A program made the position numbers and the translations under genes. Below the pieces are notes generated by a model. That model made no database searches. It was not told where the DNA came from and saw nothing but the letters and a program-made list of their open reading frames with translations. Below are positions 1 to 8,557 of a DNA stretch of 38,994 bases, piece after piece. Position 1 is the stretch's first letter, and each line of letters opens with the position of its first letter. Source of the DNA: Planctomycetota bacterium (GTDB taxonomy: Bacteria > Planctomycetota > Planctomycetia > Pirellulales > UBA1268); assembly GCA_027622795.1 (NCBI GenBank), contig JAQBZA010000001.1, positions 1-38,994 on the forward strand, written 5' to 3'.

Positions 1-2
1 GG

Positions 3-1196
3 GTGGCCGTGAAGGGAGGCTACTCGGGCCCCGCCGTCGCCAACGGCCGCGTCTATCTCACCGACTACGATCGGCCGGCAGGCCCACTGGCCAACGCCCC
101 CAACGACCGCACGCAGTTGGCCGGCCGCGAGCGTGTGCTCTGTTTCGAGGCGACCACCGGAAAGCTGTTGTGGAAACATGAATACGACTGCCCCTACGCG
201 ATCTCATATGCCTCCGGACCGCGGTGCACGCCGACCGTCGCCGATGGCAAGGTCTATGCCCTTGGCGCCGAAGGGAATCTCACCTGCCTCGACGCCGTGA
301 CGGGCCGCGTGATCTGGGCCAAGGACTTCAAGAAGGACTATGCCGCCCCCACGCCGATCTGGGGCTTCTGCGGCCATCCGCTCGTCGATGGCGACCGTCT
401 CATCTGCCTTGTCGGCGGCGGCGGCAGCGTGGCCGTGGCGTTCGACAAAGACAGCGGCCAGGAAGTCTGGCGGGCTCTCTCCGCAAGTGAGAGCGGCTAC
501 TGCCCGCCGACCATGCTGGGGGATGGCGACACGAAGCATCTCGTGATCTGGGATGCCGACAAGCTCAACGGCCTCGAGCCGGCGACGGGCCGCGTGCTCT
601 GGTCGGAGCCGCTCAAGCCGATGTATGGCATGTCGATCATGGCGCCGCAGGTGGCCGACACGCCGTCCGGTCGCGTGCTCTTTGCCAGTGGGATCGGTCG
701 CGTGGGGGCGCTCTTTCGGCTCGCTGCCGATGGCTCGACCGCGGGCGTGGTTTGGCGGGGCGCGCCCAAGACCGCCGTCTACTGCGCGAACAGCACGCCC
801 TTCATCGAGGGCAACGCCATCTACGGCTGCGACTGCGATACGGGCATGCTCACGGCGGTCGATCTGGCCACGGGCGAGCGGCTCTGGGAGACGCCCGACG
901 CCACGATGGGAGGCAGCCGCCGCGGCAAGCACGGCACGGCCTTTCTGGTGCGGCATGAGCCTGCCCAATCCTCCGCGCCGTCGGCCAACCGCACCTGGAT
1001 CTTCAGCGAGACGGGCGACCTGATCCTCGCGGAGCTTTCGCCCCGGGGGTATCGCGAGCTCGCGCGGACGCACATTCTCGCGCCCACCAACGAGTGCTTC
1101 GGCCGCGAGGTGGTCTGGAGCCATCCGGCCTTTGCCGGGCGGTGCGTGTTTGCCCGCAATGATCAGGAACTCGTCTGCCTTTCGTTGGCGGAGTGA
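3..1196 (+). CDS. PQQ-like / BamB-like beta-propeller repeat protein (5' end cut by window edge)
   Basis: Frame is open from the window edge. It has repeated units with the 'G.l.alDa.TG...W' signature typical of PQQ-enzyme-repeat beta-propellers (DGKVYALGAEGNLTCLDAVTGRVIW, LNGLEPATGRVLW, LTAVDLATGERLW). Confidence 0.7.
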   Translation: MAVKGGYSGPAVANGRVYLTDYDRPAGPLANAPNDRTQLAGRERVLCFEATTGKLLWKHEYDCPYAISYASGPRCTPTVADGKVYALGAEGNLTCLDAVTGRVIWAKDFKKDYAAPTPIWGFCGHPLVDGDRLICLVGGGGSVAVAFDKDSGQEVWRALSASESGYCPPTMLGDGDTKHLVIWDADKLNGLEPATGRVLWSEPLKPMYGMSIMAPQVADTPSGRVLFASGIGRVGALFRLAADGSTAGVVWRGAPKTAVYCANSTPFIEGNAIYGCDCDTGMLTAVDLATGERLWETPDATMGGSRRGKHGTAFLVRHEPAQSSAPSANRTWIFSETGDLILAELSPRGYRELARTHILAPTNECFGREVVWSHPAFAGRCVFARNDQELVCLSLAE

Positions 1197-1207
1197 CGCT
1201 GGGCGGG

Positions 1208-1248
1208 CTGCTGCGGCCGCGGCGGTCGACGTCTGCTGCGGCCGCGGC
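1208..1248. repeat. Two copies of the 16-nt direct repeat CTGCTGCGGCCGCGGC (1208-1223 and 1233-1248), each containing the palindromes GCGGCCGC and CCGCGG
   Basis: Read directly from the sequence. Lies 12 nt downstream of the beta-propeller stop codon and upstream of tRNA-Pro. The self-complementary cores could pair with each other or fold locally, so a terminator or processing role is possible but unproven. Confidence 0.6.
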
Positions 1249-1332
1249 AGGCCGACATTGTTTCCGCCGGCTCCGATCGGTACTCTTTCAAGAGTTCCCT
1301 CTGGTGTCTGTATTCTTTTCAGCCACCTTCAT

Positions 1333-1407
1333 CGGGGCGTAGCTCAGCCTGGCTAGAGCGCTACGTTCGGGACGTAGAGGTCGCACGTTCGAATCGTGTC
1401 GCCCCGA
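1333..1407 (+). tRNA. tRNA-Pro (anticodon CGG)
   Basis: Manual cloverleaf: acceptor CGGGGCG/CGCCCCG, D stem GCTC/GAGC, anticodon stem CTACG/CGTAG with loop TTCGGGA (anticodon CGG). Variable loop is AGGTC, T stem GCACG/CGTGT with loop TTCGAAT, discriminator A. CCA is not encoded. Length 75 nt. Confidence 0.9.
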
Positions 1408-1452
1408 CTCACCTTAAACTCTTCGGCCGGCCGTGAGCCACACCCATTTCGC

Positions 1453-2247
1453 TCACGGGGCCGACAGCGCCTGCCGCATCATTGCCGGTCGGTTCGTGGT
1501 AATTCCCACGGCTCCGAGCTCCGCAAAGAATCGGGCGTCATCGGCCGCATCGACCGTCCACACATGAAACTCAGCGACGCCACCGTTACGCAGTTGCTGC
1601 ACAAACTTCTGATCCACAACCTATCGTCTGGCCTGAAGCCCGACGCCGTCGGCACCACACCGAAGAACTGTTTCGAGAACCTGCCCGGCCGTCGGTCGCC
1701 ACTCGTTCGACCCCGTGCGGGTTTCCTTGAAACTCGTCAGCCAGTGGGCTTTCACTCCCGGAAGCCGCTTCTTGCAGGCGGCGATCGTCCGCTCATCGAA
1801 TGCGATCACGACAAGCGATGAGGCATCGGCGGCGCATTGCTCGACAACCCTACCGAGTGGCTCCACGATCTCCGGCCCCGTCTTGAGTTCGATGAAGAAC
1901 CGCTTCCCTCCGGGCATGATCTCCAAGACTTCTTCGAGCGTACAGCACGGCTGTCCAGAGAATGCCGGGGCTTTCCAGCGGCCGAAATCAAGGCCACGAA
2001 GATCGTCGAGTCGGCTCTCGGCGACGACACGCTTCACGCCACACGTCCGCCCGGTGTCGGCATCATGGATGCAGCCGACACGGCCGTCGGCCGTGAGGCG
2101 GAAGTCTCCCTCGATCGCATCCGCCTGCTGTTCCCATGCCAGCCGAAAGGCTGCGAGCGTATTTTCCTGGGCATCATGGGAAGCTCCGCGATGGGCAGTG
2201 ATCATTTGTGATTCGGCCCGAGAACCACTCATCACCATGAGCAACAC
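1453..2247 (-). pseudogene. Glycerophosphodiester phosphodiesterase (GDPD family) interrupted by an in-frame TAG at 1621-1623
   Basis: The listed ORF 1621-2247 carries the GDPD N-terminal signature ITAHRGASHDAQENTLAAF...IEGDFRLTADG. Directly after its TAG, in the same frame, 55 more codons read VVDQKFVQQLRNGGVAEFHVWTVDAADDARFFAELGAVGITTNRPAMMRQALSAP*. That is the conserved GDPD C-terminus (hvWTVd...lGvdgitTnrP). Offset 1621-1453 = 168 nt, divisible by 3. Confidence 0.75.
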
Positions 2248-2255
2248 CGTTACGA

Positions 2256-2852
2256 TCAGGGCTTCTCTACCCGCATGACTGGTGACACTTCGTCGAGCCG
2301 AAACTCCTTGCGGCTCATCGCCTCATAATGGTGGCCGATATCGATCTGCTCGCCTGTCGTCACACGATTGCCATGCTCGTCGAGCCGAGCATTCATCGTC
2401 GCTTTCTTACCGGTGCGGCAGATCGTCTTGATTTCGATCAGGTTATCCGCCCACGCCAACAGATACTTGCTGCCCTCAAACGGCTCCCCACGAAAATCGG
2501 TGCGAATCCCGTAGCAGAGAACAGGGATCGAGAGCTGGTCACAGACACAGGTGAGCTGGAGAACCTGCCGTGGCGTGAGGAACTGAGCCTCATCGATCAG
2601 CACACAGTGCACCGCCCCCGCCTGCTGCTCCCGCCGAATCGCGTCATGGAAATCGTAGGTGGCGCCAAAAGCGATGGCGTCGGCTGCGATCCCGATCCGG
2701 GAATGGATGCGGCGCTCACCGGCACGGTGATCGATCGCCGGGGTGTAGAGAAGGGCCCGCATGCCCCGCTCCTCGTAATTGTGTGCCGACTGCAGGAGCG
2801 TGGTGCTTTTCCCGGCATTCATTGCCGAATAATAGAAATACAACTGCGCCAT
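2256..2852 (-). CDS. tdk: Thymidine kinase (TK1/Tdk family)
   Basis: [18 protein letters not shown]-loop N-terminus, [36 protein letters not shown]. Collinear with enterobacterial-type Tdk. 198 aa. Confidence 0.9.
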   Translation of the reverse strand: MAQLYFYYSAMNAGKSTTLLQSAHNYEERGMRALLYTPAIDHRAGERRIHSRIGIAADAIAFGATYDFHDAIRREQQAGAVHCVLIDEAQFLTPRQVLQLTCVCDQLSIPVLCYGIRTDFRGEPFEGSKYLLAWADNLIEIKTICRTGKKATMNARLDEHGNRVTTGEQIDIGHHYEAMSRKEFRLDEVSPVMRVEKP

Positions 2853-2854
2853 GG

Positions 2855-3610
2855 TTATGACGTCCTTCTCGTGGAACCAGACCGACCGCGGCCCGTGTTG
2901 GGAATCGAAATGCCGAGGGCCCGCAACTGCTTCTCGGCCTGTCTCGTCCAGCCGCGATTGGCTGCCGGGCTCGCCGGGCTCGGGTGGAGAATCGTTCCGA
3001 TCGGTGGCCCGTCATCACCCAGAGCCACCGCGACCCGCCCAGCGGCAAAACTGCCGACGCCGATGACCCGCTTCGGGGCCAGCCACGCCACCAGCCGCCG
3101 GAGCGCCTCGTCGCACGCGGTGAACAGTGGCTCCCGCTCTTCGGCTGGGAGTTTATCAGGAGTGCGATTGCGACCCGACTCCTCCATGAAAACGAGCGGA
3201 CAGTAGTTGGTAATGAAAAACTGGTCACTGAACTGTTTCGGCGTCTGGTAGCGATCCCGGGCCCATCCCCAGAGCCGCCGCCCACTCACCTCGCTCCGGG
3301 TACACGAAAATCCTTCGATCGGTCGCTGGGGATGAACCACCGCCGGTTGATCGACCCGCTCGTCGATCTCAAGGAAATCGCGAACCAGGCTCACTTCACC
3401 AAACGGCACACCGGTCTGCGCCATGCCCCAGGGCCCTGGGTTCATCCCCACAAGGAGCGCCTCCGGCCCCTGCTTGGCATAACGCCGCAGATAGGCTTCA
3501 TGCGGACGCCGGGCGTAGACCAACGGGTTGTAAACGCACGCGCTTGGTGGGGCAAACGTCAGCCCCGCAACTTCTTTGGCGAGCCAGCGTGAAATATCAA
3601 GTGGACTCAT
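2855..3610 (-). CDS. SMUG1-type (family 3) uracil-DNA glycosylase
   Basis: Motif [18 protein letters not shown] and motif [14 protein letters not shown] closely match the SMUG1 signatures ([16 protein letters not shown] and HPSP.NP.AN.GW). The stop codon lies 2 nt upstream of the tdk start codon. Confidence 0.8.
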   Translation of the reverse strand: MSPLDISRWLAKEVAGLTFAPPSACVYNPLVYARRPHEAYLRRYAKQGPEALLVGMNPGPWGMAQTGVPFGEVSLVRDFLEIDERVDQPAVVHPQRPIEGFSCTRSEVSGRRLWGWARDRYQTPKQFSDQFFITNYCPLVFMEESGRNRTPDKLPAEEREPLFTACDEALRRLVAWLAPKRVIGVGSFAAGRVAVALGDDGPPIGTILHPSPASPAANRGWTRQAEKQLRALGISIPNTGRGRSGSTRRTS

Positions 3611-3780
3611 GGGCTGCGCTCGTCGCCATCTCGAACCTATCTGATCATCATGTATTTGACTGTTGCCGTCATAAAACTTTCAAACGGAATCGCATGCGCT
3701 GCTTGCAGCCACGATGTATCCAAAACGCATCCAAGAAAAAGCCACCCGCTAGAGAGCATTGACCTGCCCCCCTTAAACGA

Positions 3781-4008
3781 GGCCACTTCGGGAGCGACAA
3801 TTCCGGGTGGCCGCAACCGCACAGGGCTGGTCTGTCGGAAGACGAAAACCTAACTTAACTTTCGGTGCCGTACTGGGGGGCAGGTCAGAAGCGGGAGACG
3901 ACAAACGCCCGTGAGTACGGAGAAGCGAATTCAGCCCCATGAAAGAGAATTGGGTATTCTTTCCCCGCCTAGATCGTGAATACCCGGTTGGCATGGCGGC
4001 GTCAACCG
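3781..4008 (+). promoter_or_regulatory. Cluster of four stem-loops in the low-GC leader upstream of the sulfatase gene (candidate structured 5' UTR or small RNA)
   Basis: H1 at 3781-3812: GGCCAC..CGGGA-GCGACAA-TTCCG..GTGGCC. H2 at 3868-3920: CCGTACT...GGGC...GCCC...AGTACGG. H3 at 3952-3985: GGGTATTC-18 nt-GAATACCC, a perfect 8 bp stem. H4 at 3985-4008: CGGTTG-12 nt-CAACCG. Strand and function are not established. Confidence 0.25.
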
Positions 4009-4074
4009 AAAACCTGTCGTTCTGATATGATCGCCGGTCTTACCTAGTAGCCGCTTCATCGTTGTGACTCGAAA

Positions 4075-5553
4075 ATGACCATGAACAGAACTCGCTTCAT
4101 CCATGTCTTTGGCCACACGGCGTTACTGATTGCCTGGCACACAGCATTCTTGGCCGACAGGATCATCGGGGCTGAGCCACCTTTGGCTGGCTCAAAACCG
4201 TCGATCCTGTTTCTCTTTGCAGATGACATGACTTATGAGGCAATCCGTGCCTTTGGTCACACCGACATCGATACACCAAACCTTGATCGACTGGTCGCCC
4301 GGGGCACGACGTTTAGCCATGCCTACAATATGGGATCGTGGAGCGGCGCTGTTTGTGTCGCCAGCCGCACCATGCTGATCACTGGTCGCAGTGTCTGGGA
4401 TGCGAAAAACATCTACGCCACCACCGATGCAGAGCGACAGGCCGGCGTGCTCTGGCCCCAACTGCTGCAAGCCGCGGGCTATCGCACCTTCATGACAGGC
4501 AAGTGGCATATCCAAACAGACGCTGCACGGTGCTTTGACGTCACCCGACACGTGCGACCCGGCATGCCGAAAACCGTGCCCGCCTCGTACAACCGCCCGC
4601 CGGCTGAAGGTGCCGACCCGTGGGATCCGACCGACGTCAGGCTTGGGGGTTTCTGGGAAGGGGGCCGCCACTGGAGTGAGGTGACGGCAGACGATGCCAT
4701 CGCTTTTCTCGGTGACGCAGATGGCGACGCCGGGCCAGCATTTTTCTACATCGCCTTTAACGCCCTCCACGATCCCCGACAGTCACCGCGGGAATATCTT
4801 GACCGCTACCCTGTGGAGCGGATCGCGGCACCGCAACCGTTTCTTCCAAAGTATCCCCACGCCGAAGCGATGGGCGCCGGTCCGGGGCTTCGCGACGAGA
4901 AACTTGCCCCGTTCCCCCGTACCACACAGGCCGTCAAGATCCATCGACGGGAATACTACGCGCTGGTGACTCACCTTGATGATCAGATTGGTCGCATCCT
5001 CCGCGCCCTTGAGGCATCTGGCGAGGCTGACAACACATGGATCTTCTTCACCGCCGACCACGGGCTGGGAGTAGGCCACCACGGCCTCATGGGCAAACAG
5101 AACCAATACGACCATTCGATTCGGGTTCCGTTTGTGGTCGTGGGTCCTGGGGTCGCCGCAGGCGTGACCGACCCAACGCCGATCTATCTGCAGGACGTGA
5201 TGCCGACCACCCTTGAACTGGCCGGAGCAGTGCGGCCAGATCATGTCTTTTTTCAAAGCCTCCTGCCACGACTATCCCGCGGTGCAGGGAAGCCTCCAAC
5301 GGCCCCCTATGAATCGATCTATGGAGGCTACCTCAATCTGCAGCGGTCGGTGAGCCATGCGGGCTGGAAGTTGATCGTGTACCCGAACTCCAAAACTCTG
5401 AGGCTCTACCACGTCGCCGAGGATCCGCAGGAGACAATCGATTTGGCCACCCAGCCGGAACACACCGAGCGGTTGCGTGATCTCTGTGACCGGCTCACGG
5501 CGCTGCAACGCGATCTCGGTGACCCCCTCGACCTGTCGGCACTCCGACCGTAG
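4075..5553 (+). CDS. Type I sulfatase (arylsulfatase A-like) with signal peptide and variant C-x-A-x-R active-site motif
   Basis: PSILFLFADDMTYEAI, TPNLDRLVARGTTFSHAY, active-site stretch GAVCVASRTMLITGR, later FFTADHGLGVGHHGLMGKQNQYDHSIRVPF. Hydrophobic N-terminus HTALLIAWHTAFLA. Confidence 0.85.
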   Translation: MTMNRTRFIHVFGHTALLIAWHTAFLADRIIGAEPPLAGSKPSILFLFADDMTYEAIRAFGHTDIDTPNLDRLVARGTTFSHAYNMGSWSGAVCVASRTMLITGRSVWDAKNIYATTDAERQAGVLWPQLLQAAGYRTFMTGKWHIQTDAARCFDVTRHVRPGMPKTVPASYNRPPAEGADPWDPTDVRLGGFWEGGRHWSEVTADDAIAFLGDADGDAGPAFFYIAFNALHDPRQSPREYLDRYPVERIAAPQPFLPKYPHAEAMGAGPGLRDEKLAPFPRTTQAVKIHRREYYALVTHLDDQIGRILRALEASGEADNTWIFFTADHGLGVGHHGLMGKQNQYDHSIRVPFVVVGPGVAAGVTDPTPIYLQDVMPTTLELAGAVRPDHVFFQSLLPRLSRGAGKPPTAPYESIYGGYLNLQRSVSHAGWKLIVYPNSKTLRLYHVAEDPQETIDLATQPEHTERLRDLCDRLTALQRDLGDPLDLSALRP

Positions 5554-5626
5554 GCCGGTCGCGCAGCCGTTGCATTGCGTGGGCGACGGGAATCAAACGG
5601 CCTGCTTCCACCGGTCATCGCATGTG

Positions 5627-6805
5627 TCACAAGAACGGCGTGGGCAGCAACACCGCGTGATGATCAAAGAGAATCCGCGTACCCAATGCCGCTACCATTG
5701 GCGCAAGAAACAGGATTGCAAGGTAAGCCGTCAGGGCAGCCCAACAGCCAAAGCTCACGATAACTCGGGTAGCGAGTGAGGCCTGGTCGGGCCGTGCCAT
5801 CGCTCGTGAGACAGCCCAGCCAACCGCCAATCGCCCTGGCAGGATGAGGAGCACGAACAGCGGCGTCAACAACCAGACTGCATCCCGTGGCGGTACGACG
5901 ATCTTGAGTACGTACAGTGGCACCGTGAGAATAAGAAGAAGAAGAAGTGCCATGAGCATTGCAAACGGTGCACGACGAAACCATTCCCGCACCAAAGCCA
6001 CGTCGATGAAAGCGGTGATGCGACCCGTAGCTGCGTAATGAGCTTGCAGGAACGGCACCCACATCAATGCCAGGGCAAGCAGGATGCCGCCACACAAGGA
6101 GACAAGCGGCGCAATGGGGCGATCAGAAATCCGTGGCATCGCAAAGAGCAGCGTGGGCACAGCCACCCATGCCATCCCCCCAAGAAACCCACCAACACCA
6201 AGTCGAAATGTCTTCCCGGGAGCGAGTACGTCAGACAGCCGACCTACGGCGGCCGCGCTCGCACTCCAAAGAGTTCCGGCCCGCACGGCTCTCACGACGC
6301 GACGGATATTGTGAATCGGACGGATAAACGCCAGTGGACTCGGCCCCGCTGCGAGGGCGAATAGTAAATGCACGGCCACACCGGCGGCGACGATTGCCCG
6401 CGTACGTTCCCATGCAATTGCCGTTGTTGAACCCGGATCAACGAGTGCGGCATCAGCAGCAGCGAAAGCGACGAGCCGCACGACGAGGAGCCACGCCCAA
6501 ATCCCGATTGCAGCGGCCCCCAACCGCGGTACGACTCGCAGCCACGGCAGGCCGTCGTGCAGCCGACCTGATCGGGCAACACGGCCCTCCGCATCGAGCA
6601 TCCAGCCCAGTGCGAGGAGATTGAGCACCGGTACGGCTGCAAGTAACGCCACGAGCATGATGAGCGTCAGACAGCCGGCCATACACGTCACCAGCCAGGC
6701 AACAGCCCGCACCGGGTGGCGCAGAGGATGCGGAGGCGGACCAAGCTCCCAGGGGGCCGTCTGTTCAGGAGTTCTGAGCAACTCAGCGCTAGCCATGACT
6801 GACAT
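5627..6805 (-). CDS. Polytopic membrane protein of unknown function
   Basis: Long ORF with about 8-10 hydrophobic segments. Start placed at ATG 6805 (MSVMASAELL...), because the 68-codon upstream extension of the listed ORF overlaps the divergent DUF1549 gene and is Arg/Pro-rich. ATG 6796 is an alternative start. Confidence 0.55.
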   Translation of the reverse strand: MSVMASAELLRTPEQTAPWELGPPPHPLRHPVRAVAWLVTCMAGCLTLIMLVALLAAVPVLNLLALGWMLDAEGRVARSGRLHDGLPWLRVVPRLGAAAIGIWAWLLVVRLVAFAAADAALVDPGSTTAIAWERTRAIVAAGVAVHLLFALAAGPSPLAFIRPIHNIRRVVRAVRAGTLWSASAAAVGRLSDVLAPGKTFRLGVGGFLGGMAWVAVPTLLFAMPRISDRPIAPLVSLCGGILLALALMWVPFLQAHYAATGRITAFIDVALVREWFRRAPFAMLMALLLLLILTVPLYVLKIVVPPRDAVWLLTPLFVLLILPGRLAVGWAVSRAMARPDQASLATRVIVSFGCWAALTAYLAILFLAPMVAALGTRILFDHHAVLLPTPFL

Positions 6806-6879
6806 CGTAATAGAGAATGGGGTGGATGTGGTTCGAAGACTGGCTACCGTTGTCCAGTCCCTTTGCCGGTTGTGTTGTG

Positions 6880-8544
6880 ATGCCGCAATCATTTCGTGAT
6901 TTACTGCCGCTGATTTGGATCGTGGCCGTGGTCGGAGCAGTGGTCGGATCCGTGGTGGCTGCTTCCCGATCGACCCTGCCGTCGCACCCCTGGGAAGTTG
7001 AGCCACCAAGCCAGGTCACCCGTGAACTGGCTGCCCGAATCGACGCCGTCATCAACGTGCAGATTTCAGCCGCCGGCCTTGAGCCGGCGGCTCTGGCCGA
7101 AGATGTCCTGGTGCTGCGGCGTATGTGGCTCGCGCTCGCAGGCACGGTCCCCAGCGTTGAGGAGCTTCGTCGCTTCGAGGCTGATTCACGGCCCGATCGA
7201 CTCGAACGGTGGCTCGCCGGAATTCTCGCCGACCGCCGTTCGGCAGACCATCTCGCCGGCCTCCTCGCCAGTGCCCTGACCGGCAACGACGGTGGGCCAG
7301 CATTCGTGTTTCGTCGCGATCGCTTCACATCATGGCTCGCAGATGCCCTGCACGCTGGTTGGTCATTCAAGGGGATTGTTGCAGAGATGGTGGCCAGCAC
7401 CGGGCTTTGGACCGGCACCCCGGCAGTCAACTTTGTGACCCAAGCAGCTAGCGCCGGCCAAGTTGATGAGAATACGCTCGCCGGCCGCGTGGCGCGATGT
7501 TTTCTCGGGATTCAGTTCGATTGCGCCCAGTGCCATGACCATCCATTCGCACCGTGGACGCAAACACAGTTTGAGGGGCTTGCCGCTTGCTTTGCGACAG
7601 TGCGTATTTCACCGCTGGGCGTGCGCGACTCCGGTCCGGCAGTTCTTCGGATCGAGACGCCCATGGCTTCCGCAGGAGCGATGCCTCCACTCACGACCGA
7701 TCCTGACCTCAAAAAGCCGTTCATCGCTGGCCGCCGAGCTGTCCCACAGGTTCCCTTCGGCCAACCCTGGTTTACCGGCTCGGGATCTTCCCGCGCGAAG
7801 CTCGCAACATGGATCACACACGACGAAAATCGGCGTTTCGGGCGCGCTGTCGCCAACCGCTGCTGGGCCATCGCGTTCGGCCGCCCATGGCATGAGCCGA
7901 TTGATGACGTACCCGATCCCTCCGTGGAGCCAGGCGAAAGTGATCTGCTGGACATTCTTGGCTGTGACTTCTGCGCCGGGACTGGCGACTTGCGGCAGAC
8001 GCTGGCAGCGATTTGCTCGACCGCGGCCTTCCGGCGAGCCTCGGCTCATCCTGGGCTCAATGATCCATCTCGGGCAGCGGCCGTAACCACCTCATGGGCG
8101 GCCTTTCCGCTCTCACAACTTCCACCTGCAACCATGATCTCCGCGATGATTCAGGCCACTTCACTCCGCACGATCGACCCCGAATCACCCCTTTTTGTGC
8201 GAACGATTCGGTTTCTGCGCGCAGTTGATTTCATGCGGGAGTACGGCCGTAGTCACCCACATGAGCCAGCCACAATTCCTCAGGCACTCGTGCGGCTGAA
8301 CGGCCGACTGGCCCGGGAACTCTGTGAAGCCAATGTGTTTTCAGGGCCGGGGCGGGTCGCTGGGCTTTCCCAATCCAATACATCAAGGCTCGACACGGCG
8401 TTTCTTGCCTGCCTCAGTCGTCACCCCGATGCAAGTGAGCAGCGGATGCTCATACCGCTTCTCGAAGCTGGCACACCTGCACGAGGTATTGAGGATCTAT
8501 ATTGGACGCTGTTCAACTCAGCGGAGTTCTGCTGGAACCATTGA
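6880..8544 (+). CDS. DUF1549 (PSCyt2) / DUF1553 (PSD1) domain protein
   Basis: DUF1549 core FLGIQFDCAQCHDHPFAPWTQTQFEGLAACF and the typical DUF1553 C-terminus IEDLYWTLFNSAEFCWNH. Start chosen at ATG 6880 (MPQSFRDLLPLIWIVAVVGAVVG, an N-terminal anchor). ATG 6817 is also possible. Confidence 0.8.
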   Translation: MPQSFRDLLPLIWIVAVVGAVVGSVVAASRSTLPSHPWEVEPPSQVTRELAARIDAVINVQISAAGLEPAALAEDVLVLRRMWLALAGTVPSVEELRRFEADSRPDRLERWLAGILADRRSADHLAGLLASALTGNDGGPAFVFRRDRFTSWLADALHAGWSFKGIVAEMVASTGLWTGTPAVNFVTQAASAGQVDENTLAGRVARCFLGIQFDCAQCHDHPFAPWTQTQFEGLAACFATVRISPLGVRDSGPAVLRIETPMASAGAMPPLTTDPDLKKPFIAGRRAVPQVPFGQPWFTGSGSSRAKLATWITHDENRRFGRAVANRCWAIAFGRPWHEPIDDVPDPSVEPGESDLLDILGCDFCAGTGDLRQTLAAICSTAAFRRASAHPGLNDPSRAAAVTTSWAAFPLSQLPPATMISAMIQATSLRTIDPESPLFVRTIRFLRAVDFMREYGRSHPHEPATIPQALVRLNGRLARELCEANVFSGPGRVAGLSQSNTSRLDTAFLACLSRHPDASEQRMLIPLLEAGTPARGIEDLYWTLFNSAEFCWNH

Positions 8545-8557
8545 GCAGATCACTCTC

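Noticed and set aside
204-1124. 306-aa ORF antisense to the beta-propeller gene. Other long antisense or alternative-frame ORFs are similar, for example 6789-7430, 9371-10003, 15707-16285 and 30163-30858.
   Set aside because: The translations are Arg/Ala/Gly/Pro-rich and low in complexity, with no motifs. Each lies fully inside a well-supported gene on the other strand or frame. These are typical shadow ORFs of high-GC DNA.
1333-1407. tRNA-Pro as a possible integration site of a genomic island.
   Set aside because: There is no integrase, no duplicated tRNA 3' fragment and no mobile-element gene within the window. The adjacent genes are ordinary metabolic and repair genes.
3650-3853. 67-aa ORF (MYLTVAVIKLSNGIACAAC...) in the low-GC intergenic region.
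   Set aside because: It has no motif, no ribosome-binding site that I can see, atypical composition for this genome, and it overlaps the predicted hairpins. There is not enough evidence to call a gene.
3868-3920. Possible SRP (4.5S) RNA, suggested by the string CAGGTCAGAAGCGGGAGACGAC inside a long hairpin.
   Set aside because: The conserved SRP domain IV core (GGUCC-GGAA-GGAAGCAGC with its symmetric loop) is not reproduced. The residues flanking the GGGA loop do not pair as required. Kept only as an unclassified hairpin.
5933-5947. (AAG)5 microsatellite.
   Set aside because: It lies in frame within the membrane-protein gene, where it encodes a Leu run (LLLLL) of a TM helix. Trinucleotide slippage would not shift the frame.
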